Positions 17,478-27,949 are shown, counted from the first letter of the stretch. The stretch: 64,000 nt of DNA from Candidatus Woesearchaeota archaeon (GCA_964467035.1 CAYXNX010000003.1:21252-85251); one strand, 5' to 3'. Notes: a model not told the origin generated them from the letters alone. A program made the numbers and translations.

Positions 17478-18019
17478 AGTTCTATCCCTCCCACTAAAAC
17501 AATTCCATTAAAAATATTTTCCTTAAGTTCTTTTTTAATCTCATTAAAAGAATCATAAAAATTAAGAGAAATTTTTTTATTAAAAAACTTTTCATAATTA
17601 ACAAAGTTTATATCTTTTTTCTTGCACCCAATTATTGCAATATCAATATCTGAATTAAATAAATCATATCCTTTTGAATAACTTCCAAACAAAACTATTG
17701 TGGTTCCAGGAAAACTATTTTCCAAAAAATTTGTAATTTTAGATTCATAAATCATTCTAAGATTTTCTGTTCTTTTAAGTTTTATAACAAAATCTCGATC
17801 CACATTTAACTCAACAGCACTTAAATTAATAGTTCCATGTTTTTCTACCTTGACAATTTTCTCTTTTTTTAATTTTTCCAAAGCCTTCGCAACAGCAGTA
17901 GGAGACACATTTAGATTTCTCGATATTTCTCTTTTGTTTATTGATTTGCCAGCATTTACACAAAGGAATCTAAATATTTCATTTTGCAACCTAGTCCATT
18001 TTAGTTTATAAGTTTCCAT
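17474..18019 (-). CDS. winged-helix + minimal nucleotidyltransferase (MNT) protein, HEPN partner
   Basis: N-terminal wHTH (INKREISRNLNVSPTAVAKALEKL). NTase motif LFGSYSKGYDLFNSDIDIAI. Confidence 0.75.
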   Translation of the reverse strand: METYKLKWTRLQNEIFRFLCVNAGKSINKREISRNLNVSPTAVAKALEKLKKEKIVKVEKHGTINLSAVELNVDRDFVIKLKRTENLRMIYESKITNFLENSFPGTTIVLFGSYSKGYDLFNSDIDIAIIGCKKKDINFVNYEKFFNKKISLNFYDSFNEIKKELKENIFNGIVLVGGIEL

Positions 18020-18020
18020 T

Positions 18021-18054
18021 TTAGTTTATACATGTAAACTAAGGTTTATAAAAC
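18021..18054 (-). promoter_or_regulatory. promoter with palindromic operator upstream of the MNT-HEPN operon
   Basis: 8-bp inverted repeat ttagttta/taaactaa (18021-18028 / 18035-18042) lies between the TATA box (rc gttttataaacc, 18043-18054) and the ATG at 18019. The 10-mer ttagtttata recurs at 18001-18010. Confidence 0.4.
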
Positions 18055-18252
18055 TTCGCATTTAAATTTATTTTATTACTTTAACTTTTTTATATAAAAA
18101 CTGTTTCCCAATTATCTTTAGTTCTCGTTTTTCAAAAATCCTTTGAGTATTTTCTTTTTTCAAGAAATTGTAAAAAATTCATTTCAAATTAAGTTATAAT
18201 AAATATAACAAAATTATATTTAAATCTTTATTAAATAATACTGTGATATTTA

Positions 18253-18717
18253 TTAATCAAAATTTGATCCTGGTTGTTCTGTTTGACCAGTATAAACTCT
18301 TCTTCCTCTATGAGGTGGAGGTAAAAGACCACTACAATCATCAACTTTCCTATCATCTAATCTTGTAAAAGAAAATCTCATAAATTCATAAATATCTTTA
18401 GGATGAATTGTAACCTCTAATCCTTGTCTTTCATTATTCTGTATTCTCCCAATATAACTCCTTAATTCATCAACAAATTCATCACTTGCCAATATTCCTC
18501 TAATTTGTTCAGGATTACCTTCTAAAAATTCTGAAAAAGATTCAGCAGGAGATTCCATATACCCTCTAAGAGCTTCCAAATATTTCTTTCCTTCATCTGA
18601 AACTAATTGATAAACTTCCATAGCATTTACTACCTTAGAATCTAAATTGGGGAAAAGAGCTTCTAATGAACCTTCTCCTAAAATTGCTTTCCTTCTTTCA
18701 TATACATCATTTGTCAT
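18253..18717 (-). CDS. hypothetical protein
   Basis: 154-aa ORF with no recognisable family. Confidence 0.45.
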   Translation of the reverse strand: MTNDVYERRKAILGEGSLEALFPNLDSKVVNAMEVYQLVSDEGKKYLEALRGYMESPAESFSEFLEGNPEQIRGILASDEFVDELRSYIGRIQNNERQGLEVTIHPKDIYEFMRFSFTRLDDRKVDDCSGLLPPPHRGRRVYTGQTEQPGSNFD

Positions 18718-18796
18718 AGAGAATTATAAAAATCAGACTTTTTAAACTTTTCTATTTGTAACTATTACAAAATGGCAAATAAACAACCAAGAATCA

Positions 18797-20587
18797 CTAT
18801 TCAATATAACCTCCTTTTTGATAATCCCAAAGCTTTTGATACTCCCCGCCCTCAGTAATCAGTTCTCTATGTGTCCCTTTTTGAATTATTTTCCCTTCTT
18901 TCATTACAACAATTAAATCAGCGTTCATTATAGTGGATAATCTATGAGCAATAATAATTGAAGTCCTACCCTTCATCAAATTTTCCAAGTCTTTCTGAAT
19001 TTCCCATTCGGTTTTTGAATCTAAAGCAGAAGTAGCTTCATCCAAAACTAAAATTTTCTTATTAGCCAAAATAGCTCTTGCAATTGAAACTCTTTGCTTT
19101 TCACCACCCGAAAGTTTAATTCCCCGCTCCCCCACAATTGTATTTTCTTTCTTAGGCAAATTTTTAATAACTTTATCCAATTGGGCAAATTTAATTGCTT
19201 CCATAATTTCTTCTTTAGATGCACGAGGATTTGAAAATTTAACATTCTTGTAAATTGTATCATCAAATAAAATCGGCTCTTGGGGAACAATTGACATTTC
19301 TTCTCTTAAAGAGTCCTGTTTAACATCTTTTACATTATTCCCATCAATCAAAATTTCTCCTGAATCAACATCATACAATCTATAAAGTAATTTGATTAAT
19401 GTAGATTTTCCACATCCTGAATCTCCCACCAATGCAATTTTTTTATTTGGAGGTATTTTTAGATTAAAATTATTAAACAATCCTTCCTTATAGTAACTGA
19501 AATCCACATTTTTAAATTCAATTTTTCCTTTCTTGATATCAATATCTTTAGCATTTGGTTTATCTTTTATTTGATTTTCAATATCGCTATAATCAAACAA
19601 TTCTTGAAAATCTGACATAGCTCTATAAAACCCTTTCACTCCCCAAACAAACTCAAACATACTTCCGATGATATTAAAATAAACAGTATAAATAAAAGCA
19701 ATAGTTCCCAAAGTTATTTCTTGATTTAAAAACTGGACAATTGGAAAATACAAAAGAGCAACAGTCCCCAATGTTAAAATAACAACTTGTCCAGAATCAA
19801 ACCATCTATAATAAAACCAATATTTCAAACCTTTATTTTTTGTATTTTTTGCAATATTCAAAAATTTATTTTGTATTGGTTTTGACTTTCCAAAATATTT
19901 TATTGTTTCAATGTTTGTAAAAATATCTGCAACATTTGCTTTTTCTCTATCCAATTGTTTATTATAAATTAATTTAGCTTTTTGTTGAATATTTTGTATA
20001 TACAAACTATAAGCAACAAATACAAGGGTAATAGCTCCAATTATTAAACCAGAAATCAAACTAAAATATGCAATTGACAAAGCTGATACAATCAAACCAA
20101 TAATAGTTGGCAAAAAATTAAATGCCAATATATCTGTCATCATTTCAGCAGCTGAAGAACTTCTTGTAAGTCGAGAAATCAAACTACCTGTTTTATGGCT
20201 TGTATGAAATTCATAATCTAAATCAACAATATGATTAAAATATTTTCTTTTTATATCTAAAACTACTTTTGAATCAAGAACCGCGAGCAAATGAACTCTT
20301 AACCAAACAAAAATGACTTCAAAAAGCCCAAGCCCCACATAAATCCCCAAAATAATCAACAAAATTTCAACAAACTCGCTTCTTATTAAATTTCCTGCAG
20401 CAAAACTAGATCCTTCATCAATAACAATTTTAAATAAATATTTTGGAGCAAGTCTTGTTAGTTCAACAACCAAAATACTTACCAAAATTAAAATAAAAAC
20501 TGGCTTATACTTTTTTAAAAAACTATAATACTCTGCAAAGTTTCTCCTAAATTTAATCTTTTCTTTTTCTCTTTTTTTACTAATCAT
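18797..20587 (-). CDS. ABC exporter, fused permease/ATPase (MsbA/MdlB-like)
   Basis: Six-TM domain plus Walker A GDSGCGKST, signature LSGGEKQR and Walker B LVLDEATSALD. Confidence 0.9.
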   Translation of the reverse strand: MISKKREKEKIKFRRNFAEYYSFLKKYKPVFILILVSILVVELTRLAPKYLFKIVIDEGSSFAAGNLIRSEFVEILLIILGIYVGLGLFEVIFVWLRVHLLAVLDSKVVLDIKRKYFNHIVDLDYEFHTSHKTGSLISRLTRSSSAAEMMTDILAFNFLPTIIGLIVSALSIAYFSLISGLIIGAITLVFVAYSLYIQNIQQKAKLIYNKQLDREKANVADIFTNIETIKYFGKSKPIQNKFLNIAKNTKNKGLKYWFYYRWFDSGQVVILTLGTVALLYFPIVQFLNQEITLGTIAFIYTVYFNIIGSMFEFVWGVKGFYRAMSDFQELFDYSDIENQIKDKPNAKDIDIKKGKIEFKNVDFSYYKEGLFNNFNLKIPPNKKIALVGDSGCGKSTLIKLLYRLYDVDSGEILIDGNNVKDVKQDSLREEMSIVPQEPILFDDTIYKNVKFSNPRASKEEIMEAIKFAQLDKVIKNLPKKENTIVGERGIKLSGGEKQRVSIARAILANKKILVLDEATSALDSKTEWEIQKDLENLMKGRTSIIIAHRLSTIMNADLIVVMKEGKIIQKGTHRELITEGGEYQKLWDYQKGGYIE

Positions 20588-20784
20588 AAATTTTAACCGA
20601 TAGTAAGATTTATATAGTTTTCTTGTTTTATTATAACATAAAATGGTAAAAGATGAATTCTATGAATCAAAACATCTTTCTAAAAATTATCTAAATGAAT
20701 CTTTCATAGAAATTCCTGACACAGAAGAAAAATTAGAAGAATATTTGGATGAATTAAAAAAATCAGACGAAGTTGAAGAATAAA

Positions 20785-21786
20785 TCACCAATGTTCAACA
20801 AAAATTTTCACTTCTTCCTTGTTTTTCAAAATTTTTGAAATAATTTTATCTTTCCTTTCATAGTAAATTCCACTTCCATCATTATCATAAATTTTTTTTC
20901 CATTTGGTTTAACATAAACAAATCTTTTAATAAAATCTTTTTTCGTCTTTAAACCAATTTTTTCAAAAATCTTTAAATTTTTATCAGAAGTAAATCCTAA
21001 AATTGTCTTATCATTCTCTTTTGCATAATGAATCATAGAACAAATCATAATTTTGCCATAATCTTTTTTCTTTTCTAAAGAAATAGTTGAACAAATTCCC
21101 CAAATATCATAATTTTTGCCTTTAAATTCTAATTTAACCGGCCTCAATCCTCCAAGAGAAACAATCTTATTTTTATTTTTAACAAAAAACCACAAAGTTT
21201 CCGGTTCATAATCTTTTGAAAAATTCTTCACTTCTTCCTTCCCAAATTCTTTTTTTCGGGCATCATTAATAGTTTTCTTTTGATTTTTTGTAAGATTTTT
21301 ATTTTTAACAATATCTGTTCTTATATCATTCTTCAAACTTTTTTCCATTTCGTAAAATCTAACTTTCAACTTATCAATCTTCCAATAAGAAGATTTCACT
21401 TTTTTATAACCTAACTTTTCATAAAATTTAATCGCTGTTTTAGTAGGATAAAGTTTAACTTTTTTAATTCCTTTTTTCTTTGCAAAATTTTCGATAAAAT
21501 CCATTAATTTTCTTCCAACTCCTTTCCCAATAAAACTTGGTTTGATATAAAGTCCTCCTACCAAATCCTTTTCAAGAGTAACAGTCCCAATTAATTTACC
21601 ATCATTCCATGCGCAAAAAACATCTGAATTAATTATTTTTTCTTCTATTTTCCTTGGAGAATTATAATTAACTAGATGGTCAATAACTTCTTTTCTATAA
21701 TCCTTAGAATTAATTGTCTTTTGAGTATTCCTTTTCAACATAGAGATTTTCTTCGTATCACTCTTCCTAGCTTTTCTTATTCTCAT
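20785..21786 (-). CDS. double GNAT-domain acetyltransferase
   Basis: ATG at MRIRKARKSD chosen. GKGVGRKLMDFIENFAKKKG motif in the first half, and a GNAT-like second half. Confidence 0.65.
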   Translation of the reverse strand: MRIRKARKSDTKKISMLKRNTQKTINSKDYRKEVIDHLVNYNSPRKIEEKIINSDVFCAWNDGKLIGTVTLEKDLVGGLYIKPSFIGKGVGRKLMDFIENFAKKKGIKKVKLYPTKTAIKFYEKLGYKKVKSSYWKIDKLKVRFYEMEKSLKNDIRTDIVKNKNLTKNQKKTINDARKKEFGKEEVKNFSKDYEPETLWFFVKNKNKIVSLGGLRPVKLEFKGKNYDIWGICSTISLEKKKDYGKIMICSMIHYAKENDKTILGFTSDKNLKIFEKIGLKTKKDFIKRFVYVKPNGKKIYDNDGSGIYYERKDKIISKILKNKEEVKIFVEHW

Positions 21787-21916
21787 CTCAACCTCTCTAA
21801 TAAAAAGAGCAAATAATTTATAAAACCTTCTTACTTCAATAAATAATGAGGGTGTTAAATCCAATGAAATCAAAATGTAAAATTTATCAATTATTCGTAA
21901 AACTTGAGGAGATTAA

Positions 21917-22378
21917 ATGAGAGGATTTTGGTTTATACTAAGCTTGATTGTTGTTGTAAGTAGTTTGTTTCTAGCTTCAGGAGTTTGGACTTATTATCCT
22001 AATCACGAATACTGGCAAACTAATAGTGCCAATTTTCCAACAGGTTTTATGCACGGGTCTATTGCCCCAGTTATGTTGGTAGCAGGAATTTTTTCAGATT
22101 ATGGAATTTACGAAACAAACAATTCTGGTTGGTTTTATGATTTATTTTTTATTATAGGGTTTTTATTAGTTTGGGCAGGAGGAAGTGGCTCAAGCCATGT
22201 AATTAAAAACTATTATCAAAATCAAAACAATGATAAAAATCTAAAAAAAGATGACTTAAAAGAAATAAATAAACTAATAGAAAAAAATGTTTCGCAAAAA
22301 GTCAATAAATCTAATAAATCAAAAGATAAAAATGAAAAAGGATTTTTTAAAAAATTAATCTCAAAAATCCTAAACTGA
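21917..22378 (+). CDS. hypothetical membrane protein with Lys/Asn-rich tail
   Basis: Three hydrophobic segments. Confidence 0.45.
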   Translation: MRGFWFILSLIVVVSSLFLASGVWTYYPNHEYWQTNSANFPTGFMHGSIAPVMLVAGIFSDYGIYETNNSGWFYDLFFIIGFLLVWAGGSGSSHVIKNYYQNQNNDKNLKKDDLKEINKLIEKNVSQKVNKSNKSKDKNEKGFFKKLISKILN

Positions 22379-22431
22379 AATAACTTTTAAGTAGTAAGAT
22401 AAGTTTATATACTCAATAAATCTATATATAT

Positions 22432-22487
22432 TACTCTATTTCGGTAGAGTAGGGTGTTGGTCTTCGGATTTTACACCCTTTTTTTTT
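22432..22487 (+). terminator. double hairpin followed by a T9 run between convergent genes
   Basis: tactcta/tagagta hairpin, then gggtgt...(cttcgg tip)...acaccc, then ttttttttt. Read directly. Confidence 0.5.
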
Positions 22488-23676
22488 AATTTGATTTATT
22501 TAACCATGTTATTTCTTGTTCACTTAAATTAAGTTCTTTTTGAACATCTGGATTTTGCAGGAACGGTTTTATTATATTAAACTCTTTTACAGCTTTCCTT
22601 TTAGAACAATGAATTTTACGAGCATATTTTGCAACAATTGTCGTTCTATGCTTATTTTTATTGTTGCTTATCCAAATTTTCAAAATTCTTGAAGGTTTTT
22701 GATAATGGGTAAATCCCATTTTTGATTTTGACTTTGCTAAGGAAATTCCTGCACTTAAAAAAATATTTTGGTAAACTAAAAACCTCCAATATCTTTGTTT
22801 TCTAATTCTCCCCCTAAAAACATCAGCCATACTTAAAGCTTCAAAAGCATTATAAAGCTCTTTTCCAGAATATTCATAAGGAATATTTTCTTCAATCCAC
22901 AAAAATATTTTTTCCAAAGGCATATCAACACTATCATAAATTCTTAAAGTTTTATTATTAACTTTATTTTTAAAAACCATTTTAAGAGCATTAAAAATAT
23001 CTTGTGCCCTGCCTCTTTCTCCAATACTCATATAATCTGAAAAAGAATCTTTTTGGTAAGCTAATGTTTGCAAATCATTTATCGCAGCCCGAACATCTCC
23101 CTTAGATCTAATTGAAATAGAAAGCAAAATTTGTTCATTAATTTCCAATCTTTCTTGAATAACAATATCTCTCAAAATTTGCGCAATAACTTTATAATCA
23201 ATATCTCCCAAATTAACTAGTTCGGTTTTTTTTCTTAAAGAACTAAATTTTTGGTCCCAAATACTATTAGCTGTTAAAATTATCGGAAAGTAGGTTGATT
23301 CAATAAGCTCAATTAATTCTGAAAGCCCACCCCTATCTTTTGTAGCAGAAAGCCCATCAACTTCATCAATTAAAAGAACTTTGCCTTTTTTAAACAAACT
23401 TTTTTGTTCAGAAGCAGGTTTTAATTTAGCTTCTAATTGTTCTTTATTTCTAAAATCACTAGCATTCAATTCAAAAATTTCATAATTAAGTTCTTTAGCA
23501 GTAGCATAAGCTAAACTTGTTTTTCCAGTTCCAGCAGGCCCGTGAAGAGTAATTGCTTTTTTCTTTTGCGGAAATTTTGCAAAAAAATTCCTAATTTTTC
23601 CCACAGCTTCTTCCTGACCTTTAACATCAGCAAGATTTTTTATCCTGTATTTTTCAACCCAATTATCGCTTTTCAT
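22486..23676 (-). CDS. rfcL: replication factor C large subunit
   Basis: WVEKYRIKNLADVKGQEEAV, HGPAGTGKTS and LLIDEVDG, with a basic C-terminus. Confidence 0.85.
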   Translation of the reverse strand: MKSDNWVEKYRIKNLADVKGQEEAVGKIRNFFAKFPQKKKAITLHGPAGTGKTSLAYATAKELNYEIFELNASDFRNKEQLEAKLKPASEQKSLFKKGKVLLIDEVDGLSATKDRGGLSELIELIESTYFPIILTANSIWDQKFSSLRKKTELVNLGDIDYKVIAQILRDIVIQERLEINEQILLSISIRSKGDVRAAINDLQTLAYQKDSFSDYMSIGERGRAQDIFNALKMVFKNKVNNKTLRIYDSVDMPLEKIFLWIEENIPYEYSGKELYNAFEALSMADVFRGRIRKQRYWRFLVYQNIFLSAGISLAKSKSKMGFTHYQKPSRILKIWISNNKNKHRTTIVAKYARKIHCSKRKAVKEFNIIKPFLQNPDVQKELNLSEQEITWLNKSN

Positions 23677-23999
23677 TCTCTTTTTAATTCTCTATACTCT
23701 CTTATTAAATTTTTTTCTAAATCAAAATTATATTTTAAAAAAACTTGTCTGTCAAAATAATTCCTACTTTCTCTATAATTTGTAAAAATTTGATGAATAT
23801 TTTTTAATCTCAAAATTGCTAAACTATCGATAATCCTTTTCCTAAAAATTTCCGGACATTTAGTTTCATCTTCAGTATTGAAATCTCTTAATTCAAAATA
23901 TTTTTCGCCAAATCCTTCCTCATCCAATTCATGAATAATTTTACTTAATTCTCTCGAAAATTTTCTAAATTCTTGAGCTTTTTTAAGTATTTTATGCAT
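23673..23999 (-). CDS. hypothetical 108-aa protein between rfcS and rfcL
   Basis: ORF tightly packed between rfcS and rfcL: 4-nt overlap with the rfcL start, and rfcS ends about 2 nt upstream. No recognisable family. Confidence 0.45.
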   Translation of the reverse strand: MHKILKKAQEFRKFSRELSKIIHELDEEGFGEKYFELRDFNTEDETKCPEIFRKRIIDSLAILRLKNIHQIFTNYRESRNYFDRQVFLKYNFDLEKNLIREYRELKRE

Positions 24000-24001
24000 A
24001 A

Positions 24002-24961
24002 CTAATTACCTCTTCCAGCTAAAACAAAACTTGCTAATAAAGCTTCTAATTGAATAAACTCGTCAGCCCCTTCAGTAATTCTAAATTCAATTTCCCCTGT
24101 TTTTTCAGTAAGCTTAACTTTAAGTTCTGGTTCTATTTGTAAATTCCAGATTTCCTTTTGAATTGACTTTATAACATCTGAGCCAGCAATACTTTCCCTT
24201 AACATAATTTCCAAAAGTTTATTTTTTGAGTTAACAAAATCTCCTGACAAAGCATACTCCAAAACAACTTTAATATCACTTGGTTTTGCACTTGGAACCA
24301 CAGTTTCAATCAAATCAGAGTTTATTGTGTTGCTTATTGAACTTGTTGTTTGCAAAAGATTAATAACTCTTCTACAATCTCCTTCACTTACTTCAAATAA
24401 TGTTTCAACACCACTTTCTTCAATTTTCAAATTTTCATTGTCAGCAATTCTATTTACAATTCGTTCAACATCTTTTTTTTCCAAAAGCCTAAATCTAAAA
24501 ATAGCACATCTTGATTGTATAGGATCTATAATTTTGCTAGAATAATTACAAGAAATAATAAACCTGCAATTTGAAGTATAATTCTCCATAGTTCTCCTCA
24601 AAGCATTTTGTGCTTCAGGAGTTAATGAATCTGCTTCATCAAGAAAAATAACCTTGAATGGCACTTCAGAAATTGCTTTAGTCCTTGCAAAATCTTTAAC
24701 TTTTTCCCTAATAACATCAATCCCTCTTTCATCACTAGCATTCAATTCAAGATAATTTTCTTTCCATCTTTCTCCAAACAAATCTTTTACAACAACTAAT
24801 GCTAATGTTGATTTTCCAACCCCTGCAGGCCCTGCAAAGAGCAAGTGAGGAATATTCATTGCATTTGTTAGAGATTTCACTCTTTTCACAATGTTTTCTT
24901 GCCCCACCACTTCTTCAAATTTTTTCGGCCTATATTTTTCAGTCCAAATTTCACTTTCCAT
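24002..24961 (-). CDS. rfcS: replication factor C small subunit
   Basis: WTEKYRPKKFEEVVGQ, AGPAGVGKST, FLDEADSLT and SRC motif. Confidence 0.9.
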   Translation of the reverse strand: MESEIWTEKYRPKKFEEVVGQENIVKRVKSLTNAMNIPHLLFAGPAGVGKSTLALVVVKDLFGERWKENYLELNASDERGIDVIREKVKDFARTKAISEVPFKVIFLDEADSLTPEAQNALRRTMENYTSNCRFIISCNYSSKIIDPIQSRCAIFRFRLLEKKDVERIVNRIADNENLKIEESGVETLFEVSEGDCRRVINLLQTTSSISNTINSDLIETVVPSAKPSDIKVVLEYALSGDFVNSKNKLLEIMLRESIAGSDVIKSIQKEIWNLQIEPELKVKLTEKTGEIEFRITEGADEFIQLEALLASFVLAGRGN

Positions 24962-25017
24962 AGATTATTAAGAAAATATTGAATTAAAAACATTACTATA
25001 ATAAAGTATTATAGAAA

Positions 25018-25134
25018 CTACTTTGACTTTGATTTTCTAGATTTTCTTAGATGCTTTGTTTTTCTAAGCTTTTTTCTCTGCCATTTCCATCGCATCTGCC
25101 ATCTTTTCTTCCATCTTCTACTTGATCTTTTCAT
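25018..25134 (-). CDS. rpl41e: ribosomal protein eL41 (L41e), 38 aa
   Basis: Own translation: MKRSSRRWKKRWQMRWKWQRKKLRKTKHLRKSRKSKSK. The RRWKK..MRWKW pattern matches archaeal L41e. TATA-like ctttataaatc about 25 nt upstream. Confidence 0.55.
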   Translation of the reverse strand: MKRSSRRWKKRWQMRWKWQRKKLRKTKHLRKSRKSKSK

Positions 25135-25341
25135 CTAAGCAATAAAAAATAACTGATTTATAAAGCTTGCCATTCTGAATTATTCTACAAACCCATTCTG
25201 AATTAATCCCAGTTTATTCCAGAAAACAGTATCTTTACAACATTATAAGAAAATTAGTATACTCTCGAACCCTGCTTGAGCAACAATTTTTATTTCAGAA
25301 AAATTATTAAACCAACTTTATCAAATAGTTTAGAGGTATTT

Positions 25342-26226
25342 ATGAAATTATTTATTCCTTTATTGTTAGTTACTCTTGCAGAAGCAACAATCGGTATTTT
25401 TGTTAAACTTACAGGAGATTCAATCCCTATTTTAACTCTTAATTTTTATAGGGTGCTTTTTGCAACACTTTTTCTTGTATTAACAATTTTACTAATAAAA
25501 AAGAACTTGCCAAAATTCCCAAAAAACAATAAAAAAGATGTATTTACAGTTGGGCTTTTAATTGCCTTGCAAATAAGCATCTTTAATTGGGCAATGAGTC
25601 TTGCTCCAATTGCTAATGTGGTTCTTCTATGGAGTGTAGCTCCTTTTTTTGTTTTTATATTTTCAGCAACTTTTTTAGGAGAAAAACCAAAAAAAATTCA
25701 CTTGCTTATTTTTTTATTGGCCTTTTTAGGAATTTTTATTATGAAACCTTTTTCTGGAGGTTTTATTTTGGGCAATTCTTTAGCTTTATTTGACGGAGCA
25801 GTTTATGCAGCAATGGTAACTTATCTAAGACACGAAGGGAATCAAAAACAAGGAGAAGATATTGTTTGGTCTATGGCAGTTGCTGCCTTAATTTTGCTTC
25901 CAACACTTTTAATCTCAGGCATTGGTGATATAACACAAATAAGTTCTCAAAGTTTATTTGGTTTACATCTTCCAGCAATAATTTGGGCAATATGTTTGGG
26001 AGTTATTTCAACAGGAGTTGCATTTTTATTCATAAGTATAGTTATAAAAGATATAAATGCAAACATTTACTCTCTTATTGATATAATTGTTTCACCAATT
26101 GTCGCAGCTATTTTGGGTTATTTAATCCTTAATGAAATCCCATCACAAAACATAGTTTATGGGGGCTCAATACTCCTCCTTGCAGGAGTTTGGCTAATGA
26201 AGACCAATTATAAATACTCAAGCTAA
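25342..26226 (+). CDS. EamA/DMT-family transporter
   Basis: About ten hydrophobic segments in two EamA-like halves. ATG at MKLFIPLLL chosen. Confidence 0.7.
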   Translation: MKLFIPLLLVTLAEATIGIFVKLTGDSIPILTLNFYRVLFATLFLVLTILLIKKNLPKFPKNNKKDVFTVGLLIALQISIFNWAMSLAPIANVVLLWSVAPFFVFIFSATFLGEKPKKIHLLIFLLAFLGIFIMKPFSGGFILGNSLALFDGAVYAAMVTYLRHEGNQKQGEDIVWSMAVAALILLPTLLISGIGDITQISSQSLFGLHLPAIIWAICLGVISTGVAFLFISIVIKDINANIYSLIDIIVSPIVAAILGYLILNEIPSQNIVYGGSILLLAGVWLMKTNYKYSS

Positions 26227-26257
26227 AATTTATAAACAAGTTATATTTAACAAATAT

Positions 26258-27178
26258 ATGATAGAAATATATAAAAGAACTTCTAAAAATGAATCTTTCA
26301 AAAAAATAGACAAATACCAAAAAAACAGTTGGATAAATGTCGTAAATCCTGAAAAAGAAGAGATTGATGAAATCATAAAAAAATTTAATTTAGATAAGGA
26401 TAAATTCGTCGATGGATTAGACATAAATGAATCTCCTAGAATTGAATCAGAAAGCGAAGGAATCTATGTTTTTCTAAGAATTCCCACCAAAAAAATATCT
26501 GATCAAGAAACTTCTTCTTTCCTTATAATTATCACAAAAAATAATTTCATAACAATTTCAAGAAATAACTTAGAAATTTTTGAAAAGGTTAAAACTGGGA
26601 AAATGGTTTTTTATACAGACCAACATGCAAGAAATATAATGAAATTTCTTTATTTAATATCAAGAGATTTTGACATTTCTGTTCGAAGAATATATAAAGA
26701 AATTAAAAAAGAAAGAAAAAATTTGAAAAATTTGAAAAACCAAGATTTAATTGATTTAGTTCGAACCGAGGATATTCTCAATGACTATAACTACTCCTTC
26801 CATCCTTTAGTAGATATTTATAAAAAAATTGTAAAAATCCGCTCTTTAAAATTCAGTGAAGAAGATAAAGATTTTATTGAAGATTTAATTGTTGATTTAA
26901 ATCAAACAATGAATATTAATTTACTTACTTTAAAAACAATAACAAACATGAGAAAATATTATTCGACAAGTGTTTCAAATAGATTAAATGATATAATTAC
27001 TGTTTTAACAGTTTTTACAATCTTTTTAACAATTCCGACATTAATTTCAAGTATTTACGGAATGAATGTAGCTCTCCCTTTCCAACATAGTCCTTATGTT
27101 TTATTCATTCTTTTAGGAGTTTTAATATTTCTTTGGGCAATTTTTCTTGGAGTAATTAAATGGAAGAAGATTATCTAA
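26258..27178 (+). CDS. corA: CorA-family magnesium/cobalt transporter
   Basis: C-terminal two TM helices with the YGMNV motif. Confidence 0.8.
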   Translation: MIEIYKRTSKNESFKKIDKYQKNSWINVVNPEKEEIDEIIKKFNLDKDKFVDGLDINESPRIESESEGIYVFLRIPTKKISDQETSSFLIIITKNNFITISRNNLEIFEKVKTGKMVFYTDQHARNIMKFLYLISRDFDISVRRIYKEIKKERKNLKNLKNQDLIDLVRTEDILNDYNYSFHPLVDIYKKIVKIRSLKFSEEDKDFIEDLIVDLNQTMNINLLTLKTITNMRKYYSTSVSNRLNDIITVLTVFTIFLTIPTLISSIYGMNVALPFQHSPYVLFILLGVLIFLWAIFLGVIKWKKII

Positions 27179-27608
27179 ACCAACCTGTTACACTTGATAA
27201 AAATCTCAGAAATCCAAACTTTATTTTTTTCCCAAAACCTACAGCCTCATAGTCAATATCCTCATTATTTAAAGCTGTTTCAAAACTTCCCAAAACATCT
27301 TCAGAATTTTGAATTTCCTTCAAGGTTTTTTCATCAGTATATACTCTTAATGTCGGGTTTTCAATTCCTTCTTTTTGAGCTCCAACAAACTTTTTATTTT
27401 CAGTAACAATTCCAACGACAATTTCCTCCCCATTATTCATTGAAATATAAATATCCATTCTTTCATTTCCAAATAATTTTCCAGCCACTCCTGGAATTTC
27501 TTCACCTGAAAATTTTTTAATTTCTTCAAGAGTTGAATCCACTTCACTAGCCCCAACTAGTAAAAAACTAAAAACTAGAACCAAGCTTAAACAAAATATT
27601 TTGCTCAT
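27171..27608 (-). CDS. hypothetical secreted protein
   Basis: Signal-peptide-like MSKIFCLSLVLVFSFLLVGAS. The ATG overlaps the thioredoxin stop (ATGA). Confidence 0.5.
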   Translation of the reverse strand: MSKIFCLSLVLVFSFLLVGASEVDSTLEEIKKFSGEEIPGVAGKLFGNERMDIYISMNNGEEIVVGIVTENKKFVGAQKEGIENPTLRVYTDEKTLKEIQNSEDVLGSFETALNNEDIDYEAVGFGKKIKFGFLRFLSSVTGWFR

Positions 27609-27949
27609 TGTAAATTTTTGTCCAACCATTCAATTACTTTCGATTCTGGAAGAGCTCCAACAAATTCATCAGCTATTTCTCCGTTTTTGAATAGTTTAAC
27701 AGCTGGAATACTCATAACCCCATATTCTGCAGGTTTATTTTGATTTTGATTAACATCAACCTTAACTAAAACAAATTTACCTTCATATTTTTCACTTAAC
27801 TTTTCAAGAATTGGTCCCAACATTTGACAAGGCGCACACCAATCAGCCCAAAAATCCACAACAACTGGAACTTGTTTTGATTTTTCAATTACCTCTTGTT
27901 CAAAATTTGCATCAGTTACATCAACCATATCCTTAAAAAAAGAAGACAT
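27605..27949 (-). CDS. trxA: thioredoxin
   Basis: VVDFWADWCAPCQMLGP active site. Length 114 aa. Confidence 0.9.
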   Translation of the reverse strand: MSSFFKDMVDVTDANFEQEVIEKSKQVPVVVDFWADWCAPCQMLGPILEKLSEKYEGKFVLVKVDVNQNQNKPAEYGVMSIPAVKLFKNGEIADEFVGALPESKVIEWLDKNLQ

